From Candidatus Kerfeldbacteria bacterium (lineage in GTDB: Bacteria; Patescibacteriota; Patescibacteriia; SBBC01; CAIJZX01): a DNA stretch of 64,000 nucleotides. Each line of letters begins with the position of its first letter. Position 1 is the stretch's first letter. The translations under genes were made by a program, and so were the position numbers. The notes beneath the pieces are model-generated. The model ran no database searches. It was not told the origin of the DNA and saw nothing but the letters and a program-made list of their open reading frames with translations. Positions 35,021 through 44,266 of this stretch are shown piece by piece. The DNA lies in assembly GCA_016193315.1 (NCBI GenBank), contig JACPSJ010000001.1, positions 599,478 to 663,477 on the forward strand. The letters run 5' to 3'.

Positions 35021-36283
35021 TCAAGAGGACACCAGCCGGCCCTGATCGCGATCAGGATGAGCGAGAAGAATGGCGGCGGCCCGTTCGAGGTGCGCGGCGT
35101 ACCGTGACCCTTTCAGCAATACCACGTCGCCGGGGTGAAGATCGCTCTGAAGTCGGGCGGCCGCCGCTTCAGCGGTCGGCACGTTGACTGTCCGGCTAGC
35201 TGAAAAACCATGGGCCACGGCCGATCGTCCGATCCGGTCGGCCAGGGGGCCGATGGTTATCAGTTCGTGGAGTCGGTCGTGGCCGATCTTCTCCCCCACC
35301 CAGTCGTGCCAATACGCCGCTGACGAACCGAGTTCGGACATCTGCCCGAGGACCGCAAGTTTACGTCCATGTGTTTTTAGTTCGAAGAGCGTGACCAGGG
35401 CCGCGGCCATGGCCGCCGGCGAAGCGTTGTAGCTGTCGTCGATGATCAGCGAGCCGGATAGACCGGCTAGCAATCGCATCCGTCCGGGCGGCGGTTGATA
35501 CCGCTTCAGCCGTTCGATTGTCAGGGCGGCCGATTCACCGAGCGCTTCGGCCACGGCCACGGCGGCTAAGATGGGGTAGGCTTGATGCCGACCGATGACG
35601 CCCGGGATGCCAATCGGCACAACCTCCCCTGCCAGCCTAACTTTCACCACCATGCCACTCAACTGCCCGCGGTCATCGGTCGTGAGATCGAGGTGCTCGG
35701 CCCGAATCTGCGCCTCGGGCGTCCAGCCGTAGCTGATCGTCCGGACCCGGCCCGGCTTGGCTACCGCCCTGGCTTGTTCGTCGTCGATGTTGACGACCGC
35801 GGTTCCCTCCGCCGGCAGCGTGGTGATGATGCCAGCTTCTTCGGCTGCCACTCCAGCCAGATCACCAAAAAACTCCAAGTGTTCCGGCGCGATCGCCGTC
35901 AGCACGCCGATCCTCGGTTTCGCCAACCGCAGGAGCGGACCCAAATCTCCCGGCTTGTCAGTGCCGAGTTCAAGAATCAGAACGGCTGGGTAGGGCTGTC
36001 GCCGCAGCAGCAGACTGACACCACCAACAAAGACACGCAGCCATTGCCACCAGCGCTTCTGGGCTGGTCCGCCACTCAAGATCGTCACGGGCACGCCGAT
36101 CTCGGCGTTAAAACTGCCCCGTGTCTGACGAACCGGTCGATCAGGACTGTCGAGCGCCGCGGCAATGGCTTCTTTGGTCGCCGTTTTGCCAATTGAACCG
36201 GCCACGCCGATGACGACCGGCCGGTACCGCCGAAGAACGAGGCGAGCCAGCGTCTGAAAGAGCCAACGGGCAATCGACTTCAT
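35021..36283 (-). CDS. murF: UDP-N-acetylmuramoyl-tripeptide--D-alanyl-D-alanine ligase
   Basis: Mur ligase P-loop 'GVAGSIGKTATKEAIAAAL', central and C-terminal Mur domains. Position in the dcw cluster next to a PBP. Confidence 0.8.
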   Translation of the reverse strand: MKSIARWLFQTLARLVLRRYRPVVIGVAGSIGKTATKEAIAAALDSPDRPVRQTRGSFNAEIGVPVTILSGGPAQKRWWQWLRVFVGGVSLLLRRQPYPAVLILELGTDKPGDLGPLLRLAKPRIGVLTAIAPEHLEFFGDLAGVAAEEAGIITTLPAEGTAVVNIDDEQARAVAKPGRVRTISYGWTPEAQIRAEHLDLTTDDRGQLSGMVVKVRLAGEVVPIGIPGVIGRHQAYPILAAVAVAEALGESAALTIERLKRYQPPPGRMRLLAGLSGSLIIDDSYNASPAAMAAALVTLFELKTHGRKLAVLGQMSELGSSAAYWHDWVGEKIGHDRLHELITIGPLADRIGRSAVAHGFSASRTVNVPTAEAAAARLQSDLHPGDVVLLKGSRYAAHLERAAAILLAHPDRDQGRLVSS

Positions 36284-38028
36284 GGGTTCGGACTCTCGGT
36301 CGGTGGCACTCCGAAATAGGACAACAGAAACCGGGCCAGCTCACCAAACAGTGGCGCCGCTGAAGATTCGGCAAACTGCACGTCGCGTGGCCGGACGAGT
36401 TTGACCACCATCACGAACTTTGGGTCATCGACCGGGGCAAACCCGGCGAAGGTACCAATCGTCTGATCGCTGTGGTAGGTCCCAGTGGCGGGATCGGGAA
36501 TCTGGGCCGTGCCGGTTTTCCCGGCCACAAAATAACCGGGCACCCCGGCCCGCTGGCCGTGTCCATTCTGGACCACCCGCACGAGCATGGCGCTGATCGT
36601 GGCCGCCGTTTTCGGGCTGATCACTTGGCGCACAACCCGCGGCTGGGAGACAACTTCACGTCCGTCGGAGTGGCGAATTTTCTCAACCACGTACGGCCGG
36701 ACAAGTTGTCCGCCGTTGGCGAAGACACTGAACGCCGCCGCCAATTGGAGCGGGGTAACGGTCACCCCTTGACCGAACGAAGCGGTGGTGGCGTAGATTT
36801 CCCGGCCGGTCGCCAGCGTCGCCACGTTGCCCGGACGTTCATCAACCTCGATGCCGGTCGGCTGACCGAAGCCGAAGGCGGTGACGTAGCGTTGGAACTT
36901 CTCCGGACCAATTTGGTTCATGGCAAAAATGGCGCCGGTATTCAATGATTCCTCCAGGACCGCGGTCATCGTCTGCGCGCCGTGAGCTTTACCGTCGGAG
37001 TTCTTAATGGTGTAGCTCCCCACTTGGACTTGTCCCGTATCCGTATACGTCGTCTCTGGCGTCACCGCCTCTTCGTTGATGGCGGCCGCCATGGTCACTG
37101 GTTTGAAGACCGAGCCCGGTTCGTACGGCTCCTGGGTGACCGAATTCGTGAACCGCTCGAGGTCGGTCACCGTGTTGTAACTGTTCGGATCAAAGTCCGG
37201 CGAACCGCACAAGGCGTAGATTGCCCCGGTGGTCGGATCCATAATCACCAGGCTGCCGCTGTCAGCCCCATGCTTGAGCACCGCTTCGTTCAAGCGCCGA
37301 CAAGCCTCGAACTCAATCGTCCGATCGATGGTCAAGATCAGATCGGCCCCATCCTGAGCCGGCGACCAAAATTGGGCGGCCGTGGCGATCAACTGGCCGC
37401 TGGCGTCTTTCTCGGCCGTGATCTGGCCACGGCGACCGCCGAGCTCAGTTTCAAACGACCCTTCCAATCCATATCGCCCAACGCGACGATCATGGTCAAA
37501 ACCGACAAAACCAATCAGCTGGGAGCCGGTTGTTCGTTCCGGATAGTAGCGGGTACTCTCGTCACTGAAATAGAGTCCCGGCAGCTTCAGCACGGCAATG
37601 GTTTGCTGCTGATCGTCCGTCAGATAATGTTGGATTGGCTCATACAGATCGTTCGGCTTGGCCAGGCGCTTCAGGAGATCGGCTTCGGGGATGGTGACGT
37701 AGGGAGCCAGGGCGGAGGCGGTGGCCGTCGGATTGCGGATTTGCTTGGGCACGGCATAGAGCAGATGGAGTGTTCGATTCGTGGCCAGCGGATAGTACCC
37801 GGTCGCTGACTGCCGATCGCGGACCAGAATCTCCCCCCGCTCGGGGTCGAGCTGCTGGCTAAATTGATGCTGGTCGTCGGCCAGGGCGACGTAGAAACCA
37901 TGCTGCAGGACCTGGAGCGTGAACAGACGCCAGATCAGAACCGCCCCAAAGATGGCGAAACCAAAACGAAGGTACCCGAGGCGGTCCTGCCACCAACGGG
38001 ATGCCGGGGGTCGCCACGTACGGGCCAT
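36280..38028 (-). CDS. Penicillin-binding protein, class B transpeptidase (FtsI/PBP2-like)
   Basis: N-terminal TM, 'GSVFKP' (SxxK), 'ESLN' (SxN) and 'AGKTGTAQ' (KTG). 4-nt overlap with murF. Confidence 0.85.
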   Translation of the reverse strand: MARTWRPPASRWWQDRLGYLRFGFAIFGAVLIWRLFTLQVLQHGFYVALADDQHQFSQQLDPERGEILVRDRQSATGYYPLATNRTLHLLYAVPKQIRNPTATASALAPYVTIPEADLLKRLAKPNDLYEPIQHYLTDDQQQTIAVLKLPGLYFSDESTRYYPERTTGSQLIGFVGFDHDRRVGRYGLEGSFETELGGRRGQITAEKDASGQLIATAAQFWSPAQDGADLILTIDRTIEFEACRRLNEAVLKHGADSGSLVIMDPTTGAIYALCGSPDFDPNSYNTVTDLERFTNSVTQEPYEPGSVFKPVTMAAAINEEAVTPETTYTDTGQVQVGSYTIKNSDGKAHGAQTMTAVLEESLNTGAIFAMNQIGPEKFQRYVTAFGFGQPTGIEVDERPGNVATLATGREIYATTASFGQGVTVTPLQLAAAFSVFANGGQLVRPYVVEKIRHSDGREVVSQPRVVRQVISPKTAATISAMLVRVVQNGHGQRAGVPGYFVAGKTGTAQIPDPATGTYHSDQTIGTFAGFAPVDDPKFVMVVKLVRPRDVQFAESSAAPLFGELARFLLSYFGVPPTESPNP

Positions 38029-38046
38029 GGACGACGGGCCAGGCCC

Positions 38047-38421
38047 TTACGGCTGAACGGCCACCGGCCCTGGCGTCGGCGCCAGGTACTCAAACCCATC
38101 AGCCGGTTCCAGATTGAGTGTCTGGCTCGACAGCGCGACCGCGGCCAGCGACCGCAGGTCAGCGGCCTGCAACTCAAGTTTTTCGTTGGCGGCGGACAGG
38201 GCGGTCACTTGCCGCTGTAACTGGTCGATGGCAAAGCCCCGGGCCGCAGTTCGATTCGTCAGCCAGACGTAGCTCAGACCGAGAAGAAACGCCGCGATGG
38301 TTAGGATGACGGCGAATTTCTGGGTCGACAAATGCCACCGATGCCACCAGTGTGGTGATTGGTGGAGCGGATCACGATGTCGGCGTGAGGCGGTCGGACG
38401 GTTCGTCGATAGTCGTTTCAT
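38047..38421 (-). CDS. FtsL-like cell-division protein (single TM + coiled coil)
   Basis: 'FAVILTIAAFLLGLSYVWL' TM followed by the heptad-like 'IDQLQRQVTALSAANEKLELQAADLR'. Sits between rsmH and the PBP. Confidence 0.5.
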   Translation of the reverse strand: MKRLSTNRPTASRRHRDPLHQSPHWWHRWHLSTQKFAVILTIAAFLLGLSYVWLTNRTAARGFAIDQLQRQVTALSAANEKLELQAADLRSLAAVALSSQTLNLEPADGFEYLAPTPGPVAVQP

Positions 38422-38427
38422 GTTGAC

Positions 38428-39309
38428 TTAGGTTTTGGCGATGACGCGGAGTTTGGCGCTGCGGGCTCGGGGGTTGGCGAGTACCTCGGCGCGACTAGGA
38501 CGAATGACGTGTTTTGTCACCCGGCGCGCCTGACCAGCGGCGGTGGCCTGACGAGCCCACTGCTTGACCAGCCGGTCTTCCAGCGACTGAAAGGTGATGA
38601 CTACCAGCCGCCCACCCGATCGCAGAACGTGGAGCGCCTGCGGCAGGACGTCGCGCAGCGCCCCGAGTTCATCGTTGACCGCCAAGCGCAAGGCTTGAAA
38701 CACTTTCGTGGCCGGATGAAGTCGGCCGGGCCGTGGTTTGACGGCGGCGACCGTCTCGACTAGGTCGACGGTGGTGGCGAACGGTTGACGGGTTCGTCGC
38801 GTGACGATGGCCTCGGCCAGCCGCCGGGCGGCCGGTTCGCCGCCCAGCACTCGAAACAACTCCGTCAGCTGGTCAGCTGACCAGCTGTTGACGATGGTGG
38901 CGGCCCTCACCGTCTGCGACGTCGGATCAAGCCGCATGTCGAGCGGCCCTAGAGATTGGAAAGAAAATCCCCGACCTGGATCATGAAGCGCGAGTGTGGC
39001 CAGACCAAGGTCAAGGAGAACGCCAGCCACTGGGCGACAATGATGTTTGGTTGCATACTCTTCGAGCAGTCGAAAATTCCCTTGGACTGCGATTAGACGC
39101 GACCCGGCCGACGGGAACGTCGCGATCGTCTGACGGAACGTCCGCGGGTCGGCTTCGATCGCTAAGACGCGGCCGTCCGGGGCAGTGGCGTCGAGGAGCG
39201 CCCGGGTGTGCCCCCCACCGCCGAGCGTGCCATCAATGACGTCGTCGCCGGACCGCAGTTGAAGATGGGCAAGAACTTCTCGAAGGAGAACCGGAACATG
39301 GCCGGGCAT
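38428..39309 (-). CDS. rsmH: 16S rRNA (cytosine1402-N4)-methyltransferase
   Basis: 'HVPVLLREVLAHL...VIDGTLGGGGH' MraW signature. Confidence 0.9.
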   Translation of the reverse strand: MPGHVPVLLREVLAHLQLRSGDDVIDGTLGGGGHTRALLDATAPDGRVLAIEADPRTFRQTIATFPSAGSRLIAVQGNFRLLEEYATKHHCRPVAGVLLDLGLATLALHDPGRGFSFQSLGPLDMRLDPTSQTVRAATIVNSWSADQLTELFRVLGGEPAARRLAEAIVTRRTRQPFATTVDLVETVAAVKPRPGRLHPATKVFQALRLAVNDELGALRDVLPQALHVLRSGGRLVVITFQSLEDRLVKQWARQATAAGQARRVTKHVIRPSRAEVLANPRARSAKLRVIAKT

Positions 39310-39320
39310 GCCAGGGCATG

Positions 39321-39752
39321 TTAGACGCCGAGCTCACCAAGGGCTTCGGCGATCGCCCCGCTATGCTTTTCCGTACCACTCCGGTACCTCTTCCAGACGT
39401 CCTTGTCCCACAGTTCGAGCCGGTTGTAGAGACCAGCGATGACGACGGCTTTCTTCAGACCGGCGTACTGACGAAGGTATTCCGGCAAGACCGCTCGTCC
39501 CTGCCGGTCGATCTCCAGCTCCATCGCCCCCGCTAACATCAACCGACTAAAGGCCCGAGTGTTGGCTTTCGAAATCGGCAGTCGGGCCAACTTATCCGCC
39601 AACGCGTTCCACTCCCGCTCGTTATAGACGAACAAGCAGTTGTCCAAACCGCGAGTGACCACCGCCCCGCGGGCGAGTTCTTTCCGGAATTTGACCGGAA
39701 TTTGCAGGCGCCCTTTAGCATCCAGGGCATGGTGATATTCACCAATAAACAT
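39321..39752 (-). CDS. mraZ: Division/cell-wall cluster transcriptional regulator MraZ
   Basis: 'MFIGEYHHALDAKGRLQIPVKFR' and a second SpoVT-AbrB-like repeat 'GRAVLPEYLRQYAGL'. Confidence 0.9.
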   Translation of the reverse strand: MFIGEYHHALDAKGRLQIPVKFRKELARGAVVTRGLDNCLFVYNEREWNALADKLARLPISKANTRAFSRLMLAGAMELEIDRQGRAVLPEYLRQYAGLKKAVVIAGLYNRLELWDKDVWKRYRSGTEKHSGAIAEALGELGV

Positions 39753-39886
39753 GGCGTGCGCGATAGCTACTCAAGCCGGCACCGGAGCGGCTCGGTGGGC
39801 GGAAGAATGAATAACGGAATTTTGTTTGTAATTTGCGTTGTTTTGAGTGGTCGACGTGACGGGGGTGCACGGCAGTGAGGAGTTAT

Positions 39887-39918
39887 CCCCACTTTCTCCC
39901 ACTTATAACCCTTCCTAT
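39887..39918 (-). promoter_or_regulatory. Candidate MraZ operator: direct GTGGG-type repeats at ~10-11-bp spacing
   Basis: On the mraZ-sense strand: 'ggaagggttataagtgggagaaagtggggat', i.e. GAAGGG / AGTGGG / AGTGGGG repeats, ~135-165 nt upstream of the mraZ ATG. Confidence 0.35.
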
Positions 39919-40151
39919 CCATTTTACACCACAGAGAGCCTAGCGTCAACACAGTGTTCCCCGTGGAACGTACGGGCGACTCAAAGACAGCAAAACACCG
40001 GATCAGAACATGGTCTGTCCCGTGTGTCAACCCCGTTAGAAGCCGCCGTGAAGGTTTATTATTAAGAAGTCTAATCTTCCGCCACCTCCGGCATGACCTA
40101 CAAAAAGTTACGGCCCGTTCCGCTTCTTACGGGCCGCCTCCCATGGAGTCG

Positions 40152-41048
40152 TCAGGGTGTCGGATGCTTCACGCGCGGCCGGAATCGTTCTTCCAACCAG
40201 AGAATCACGAGGAGGATGGCCAATGTCAACCAGCCAAACCGCCGACCATACCACCGACGATTGCGATCGGCCTCCTCGCGGATTCTCCACCCGGCGCTGC
40301 GGCGAATGCTCAGCGCATGTTCATGATCGATGGTGGCGCTCGGAATGTACCACCCGGCCACACCGAATTGGCGAGCTCGTTCGAACCATTCTGATTCTAA
40401 GCCAAAGTAGGTCAACCCCTCGTGCCACTCACCGACTTCCTGCCAGACCGACATGAACATCATCAAGCAACTGCCGCTCATCACCGGTACTTGGTTCGGC
40501 AGATTCGTGGTCCGGCACTGGCGCGCATACCGGAACGGCGGCACCAGCCACGACACAAATGGATGCCACGGGCGCGGCCATGGAAACTTGTACAGCAAGT
40601 TCGCGCCCCATAGGAAACGTCGAGTGACAAACGGAAAGCAGGTAGTCACTATCCGTCCGGGTGAATCGAATTCCCGCGGGCCGGCCACGGTCCGGGGATG
40701 ACGCTCCACCCAATCAAGGAGACGATCAAGTGCATGCTGGCCGAGGACGGTGTCTGGGTTGAGGAAGCACAGGGAGCGGCCGTGGGCATGACGGGCACCG
40801 AAATTCGCCGCTTTCGTGTAGCCGACGTTGTCACGCTGCGGGAAGTACAGACCGCGCAGTCCGCTGTCTTTCAAGACGACTCCGGCTGATCGACCGTCCG
40901 CTGGTCGGTATTCCGGCCCGATCGGCGAATTGTCGACGACGATGACTTCGATACTCTCGCTGGTCGCCACGTGAATCGACCGCAAGCAGTGCGCGAGCGC
41001 GTCTTCCGAGCGGTAGTTGACGATGACGAGGGAAAGCTGGGGGATCAT
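40152..41048 (-). CDS. Family 2 glycosyltransferase
   Basis: 'LSLVIVNYRSEDALAHCLRSI...IEVIVVDNSP' GT-A N-terminus with DxD-like 'NPDTV'. Confidence 0.7.
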   Translation of the reverse strand: MIPQLSLVIVNYRSEDALAHCLRSIHVATSESIEVIVVDNSPIGPEYRPADGRSAGVVLKDSGLRGLYFPQRDNVGYTKAANFGARHAHGRSLCFLNPDTVLGQHALDRLLDWVERHPRTVAGPREFDSPGRIVTTCFPFVTRRFLWGANLLYKFPWPRPWHPFVSWLVPPFRYARQCRTTNLPNQVPVMSGSCLMMFMSVWQEVGEWHEGLTYFGLESEWFERARQFGVAGWYIPSATIDHEHALSIRRSAGWRIREEADRNRRWYGRRFGWLTLAILLVILWLEERFRPRVKHPTP

Positions 41049-41089
41049 TCCAGAACAGTAACAGTATAACGCCCGAGCGATAACATTGG

Positions 41090-43255
41090 CTATGTCGCGC
41101 CGCGGCCGCGGCGCTTTCGCTTTCCGGTGGCTTGCAACACCCGATCAAGAATACCCTTTGGCTGTCCATCCTCGTCGAGCTCGATCACCTGATCGGGATC
41201 GATCAAGCTATCTTCGAGGGCTACTTCTGTCTCCTCGATCTGATACGGCTCGAGCAGCCGCTCCGGAATTTCTTTCAGAAACGGTGAGGGCGTGTTCAGA
41301 TGCATGGACATCGTGCGGTAACCCGAGGCCAGGCTGTAGGTCAGAAAAAGATACTCTTTCGCCCGCGTCACGGCCACATAGAACAAACGCCGCTCTTCTT
41401 CCAGTCCGCCATCTTCCGTCAAGGCTCGCGGATTCGGGAAATACTGCTCCGAAAGGTGCATCACAAAAACCGTGCGCCACTCCAATCCTTTGGCCTGGTG
41501 GATAGTCGTCAGGACGATTTTTTCGTCGTTCCCTTCGGCTGGCTCGCCGCCGACCAACCCGAATGATTCCTGCAATGACACTTCGGCCAGAAACTTATCC
41601 AATGAATCATACTTGCCCGCAAAGAGCGCCAGCTGCTCCAAGTCTTCCACCCGATCCGCCGCGTCCGGGTACTGATTACGAAGATAATCGCGGTAGTCAC
41701 TGTCAATGATCAAGTGGATCAGCGTTTCAGGATTGGCGGCTGGCTCGCCAATCAGGCCGGTCATGGTGCTCCGGAATGTCTGCCACCCCTTTTCGGCCCG
41801 TGGCAGAACCGACATTGTTTCGAAAACAACTTCTAGCGGATGCCGTTCTTCCGCGCCGGGCGAGTCCGCTTGCACCCGGTCGAAAATCTGGCCGGCGGTT
41901 TGCTCGCCAATGCCGACTTGCAACTTCAGAACGCGGAGAAAGGCCACCTCGTCTTTTGGGTTGGCCACGATTTTCAAATGGGCCAGCACGTCTTTGATAT
42001 GGGCCCGGTCGAAAAACCGCACGCCGCCACGGTACTCATACGGAATGTCGCGGTGGGTCAATTCGAATTCCAGCGCTTGCGAGTGGTAGGCCGCCCGAAA
42101 GAGAACGGCCACCTCGTGGAGTGGCACACCGTCATCGCGCAGCTCCAAGATTTTTTGGGCGATGAATTCCGCTTCCTGTTCGTCCGAGACGGCCGGCACC
42201 ATGGCCGGTCGGAGGCGGCCTGATCGAACGTGATGCAACTTCTTCGGGAATTGAGCGACGTTGTGTTTGATGACTTCATTCGCCACGTCGAGAATCGGCT
42301 GGGTTGAACGGTAGTTCGTCTCGAGTTTGAATGTTCGGCAGCCGGTAAAAACCTTGGGGAAATTCAGGATGTTGTCGATGTCTGCCCCACGGAATGAATA
42401 AATCGACTGGGCGTCATCGCCAACGACGAGAATATTGCCGTGCACCTCGCTCAACAGCCGAACAACCTCCGCTTGCAAGTGGTTCGTGTCTTGGTATTCA
42501 TCAACCAGGATGTAGCGAAATTGTTGGCTCAGGTGACGGCGAATATCATCGTGATCGCGGAGCAAAGTCAGGAGATGAGTCAAGAGATCGTCGAAATCCA
42601 TGGCATTGTTCCGTCGCTTGCGGTGTTCGTACTCTTCGGCCACGCGTACCAGATCAGGCATAACTTTCATGAACTCTGGCTTGGCTTCACTCACCAGTTC
42701 CTCGACCCCGAGGCCCATGTTTGCCGACAATGAAATGAGCGCGGAGATGACGCCGGTGCTTGGAAAGCGTCTTTTCTTGGGGTCGATGCCGAGCGCTTTG
42801 ACGCAGACGCTCAGTAAATCTTTGCTGTCTTCTTCATCGAGAATGGTAAAATTGTGGTCAAACCCGATTTTCGGTGCGTACTTTCGGAGCAGCAGGTTCG
42901 CCACATGGTGGAATGTTCCGCCCCAGAGTGATTTTGGGAACACGCCCAAAAGCTGCTCGACCCGAAAAAGCATTTCTTTGGCGGCCTTGTTCGTGAAAGT
43001 GACCAGCAAGATATTCTGCGGCTTGACGCCTTTTTCTACTAAGTACGCCACCCGATACACAATGGTTCGCGTCTTTCCAGAACCAGCACCGGCCAGCACC
43101 AAACACGGTCCGTCACCGTGGAGCACGACATCGAGCTGTTCCTGATTCAGTTCTTGCTGGTAGTCAACCTTGAAGACCTTTGGGTCGAAGGTCTTTTTGA
43201 TGATGTATTTCGTCGGCATCGCCCCGAGTCTACCAAGAAAAACCAAAACAAACAA
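41090..43255 (-). CDS. ATP-dependent DNA helicase, UvrD/PcrA/Rep family (SF1)
   Basis: Walker A 'AGAGSGKTRT', motif II 'ILVDEYQDTN', motif III 'VVGDDAQSIYSFRGA' and motif VI 'VAVTRAK'. Confidence 0.9.
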   Translation of the reverse strand: MFVLVFLGRLGAMPTKYIIKKTFDPKVFKVDYQQELNQEQLDVVLHGDGPCLVLAGAGSGKTRTIVYRVAYLVEKGVKPQNILLVTFTNKAAKEMLFRVEQLLGVFPKSLWGGTFHHVANLLLRKYAPKIGFDHNFTILDEEDSKDLLSVCVKALGIDPKKRRFPSTGVISALISLSANMGLGVEELVSEAKPEFMKVMPDLVRVAEEYEHRKRRNNAMDFDDLLTHLLTLLRDHDDIRRHLSQQFRYILVDEYQDTNHLQAEVVRLLSEVHGNILVVGDDAQSIYSFRGADIDNILNFPKVFTGCRTFKLETNYRSTQPILDVANEVIKHNVAQFPKKLHHVRSGRLRPAMVPAVSDEQEAEFIAQKILELRDDGVPLHEVAVLFRAAYHSQALEFELTHRDIPYEYRGGVRFFDRAHIKDVLAHLKIVANPKDEVAFLRVLKLQVGIGEQTAGQIFDRVQADSPGAEERHPLEVVFETMSVLPRAEKGWQTFRSTMTGLIGEPAANPETLIHLIIDSDYRDYLRNQYPDAADRVEDLEQLALFAGKYDSLDKFLAEVSLQESFGLVGGEPAEGNDEKIVLTTIHQAKGLEWRTVFVMHLSEQYFPNPRALTEDGGLEEERRLFYVAVTRAKEYLFLTYSLASGYRTMSMHLNTPSPFLKEIPERLLEPYQIEETEVALEDSLIDPDQVIELDEDGQPKGILDRVLQATGKRKRRGRGAT

Positions 43256-43458
43256 ACCTAAGTAACCGCGCCGCGATCATGTTTGAGTGAAGTCCCGCCC
43301 TGAGCATGTCGAAGGGCGGGATGAGCGAGTTATCGCGGCGCTCCAGACAAGCCACCGGCTTGTCTGGAGTCTTTCGGTTCCTTTTCTGATCAAGCAGAAA
43401 AGGAACAAATGAAACAATTCTCCACCTATTCGGTACTTGGATCCGGAGCAACCACACT

Positions 43459-44070
43459 TCACGGAGATTCCGAAAACGTTCGCCGCAGCGTCGGCAACCC
43501 CCAATCCTTCTCTGACAAATCCTCCGGCCCAACCGGCAGCGGCCACCTGATGTTCAACTCCGGATCATTGTACCGGATGCCGAGGTATTGTTGGCCTGGC
43601 TGCCAGTTTCCGTTTACCAAGTAGCCGTAGATCGTGCCGGCCTCGAGAACTTGGCAGGAATTGCCGAGTCCGCGAGAAAGAAATAGAGCTTTGCTCCGAT
43701 CAAGATCAAATGTTTTGACCTGCTTGAAAGTCGCCGACTTTGGCCGCAGATCAGCAATGGCGGCAAAGACACGTCCATGAACAACATGGACAAACTTCTC
43801 CCACGGCTCGGCATGGATGCCGCGCACAATCCCTGGCCGAAGGTTCTCCGCAATATTCCACTGCACCGGACCGAGACGCGGCAAGCCAAGCGCTTCTAGC
43901 TTTTCGGCCCGAAAAGCCTCGCGAAACGAGCCGCGGGTGTCTTCGTGAACAACGAGATCGATAACAAACAAACCTTTGATATCGGTTTCGCTAACTTTGG
44001 GTTCTGGCATTGGGTACACTTTGCGAATGATGACGTTATGATATCGCAGGATGGTATCGCTGTCATGCAA
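43459..44070 (-). CDS. dTDP-4-dehydrorhamnose 3,5-epimerase-like cupin (RmlC family)
   Basis: 'EDTRGSFREAF', 'RGIHAEPWEKFVHVVHGRVF' and 'NDPELNIRWP' are colinear with RmlC. Confidence 0.65.
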   Translation of the reverse strand: MHDSDTILRYHNVIIRKVYPMPEPKVSETDIKGLFVIDLVVHEDTRGSFREAFRAEKLEALGLPRLGPVQWNIAENLRPGIVRGIHAEPWEKFVHVVHGRVFAAIADLRPKSATFKQVKTFDLDRSKALFLSRGLGNSCQVLEAGTIYGYLVNGNWQPGQQYLGIRYNDPELNIRWPLPVGPEDLSEKDWGLPTLRRTFSESP

Positions 44071-44087
44071 GTGGGTTGTGCCCCTCG

Positions 44088-44262
44088 CCGCTCATGAGCC
44101 ACTCACCCAGTTCGTGGCTCATGTAGTTCCCCTCCCCTCAAAATAGAGAGTGATTCACCCTCCGTCGTCCAGCCCCGTTCGAAGAACGAATGGGGCTGGA
44201 CTTCCTCCCCCTCCTTGAAAAGGAGGGGGAGTATAAAACGGGAAGGTGGCTAGCCTTCCCTT
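44088..44262. repeat. GC-rich palindromic intergenic element containing 'cccctcccc / ggagggggag' arms
   Basis: 'gctcatgagccac...gtggctcatg' 10-bp hairpin, then 'ttcccctcccctcaaaa ... cagccccgttcgaagaacgaatggggctgg ... cccctccttgaaaaggagggggag'. A related element is at 46790..46990. Confidence 0.5.
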
Positions 44263-44266
44263 GAAG

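Noticed and set aside
39767-40030. 87-aa ORF upstream of mraZ
   Set aside because: It overlaps the mraZ promoter/operator region. It has no RBS and a skewed composition, so it is probably spurious.
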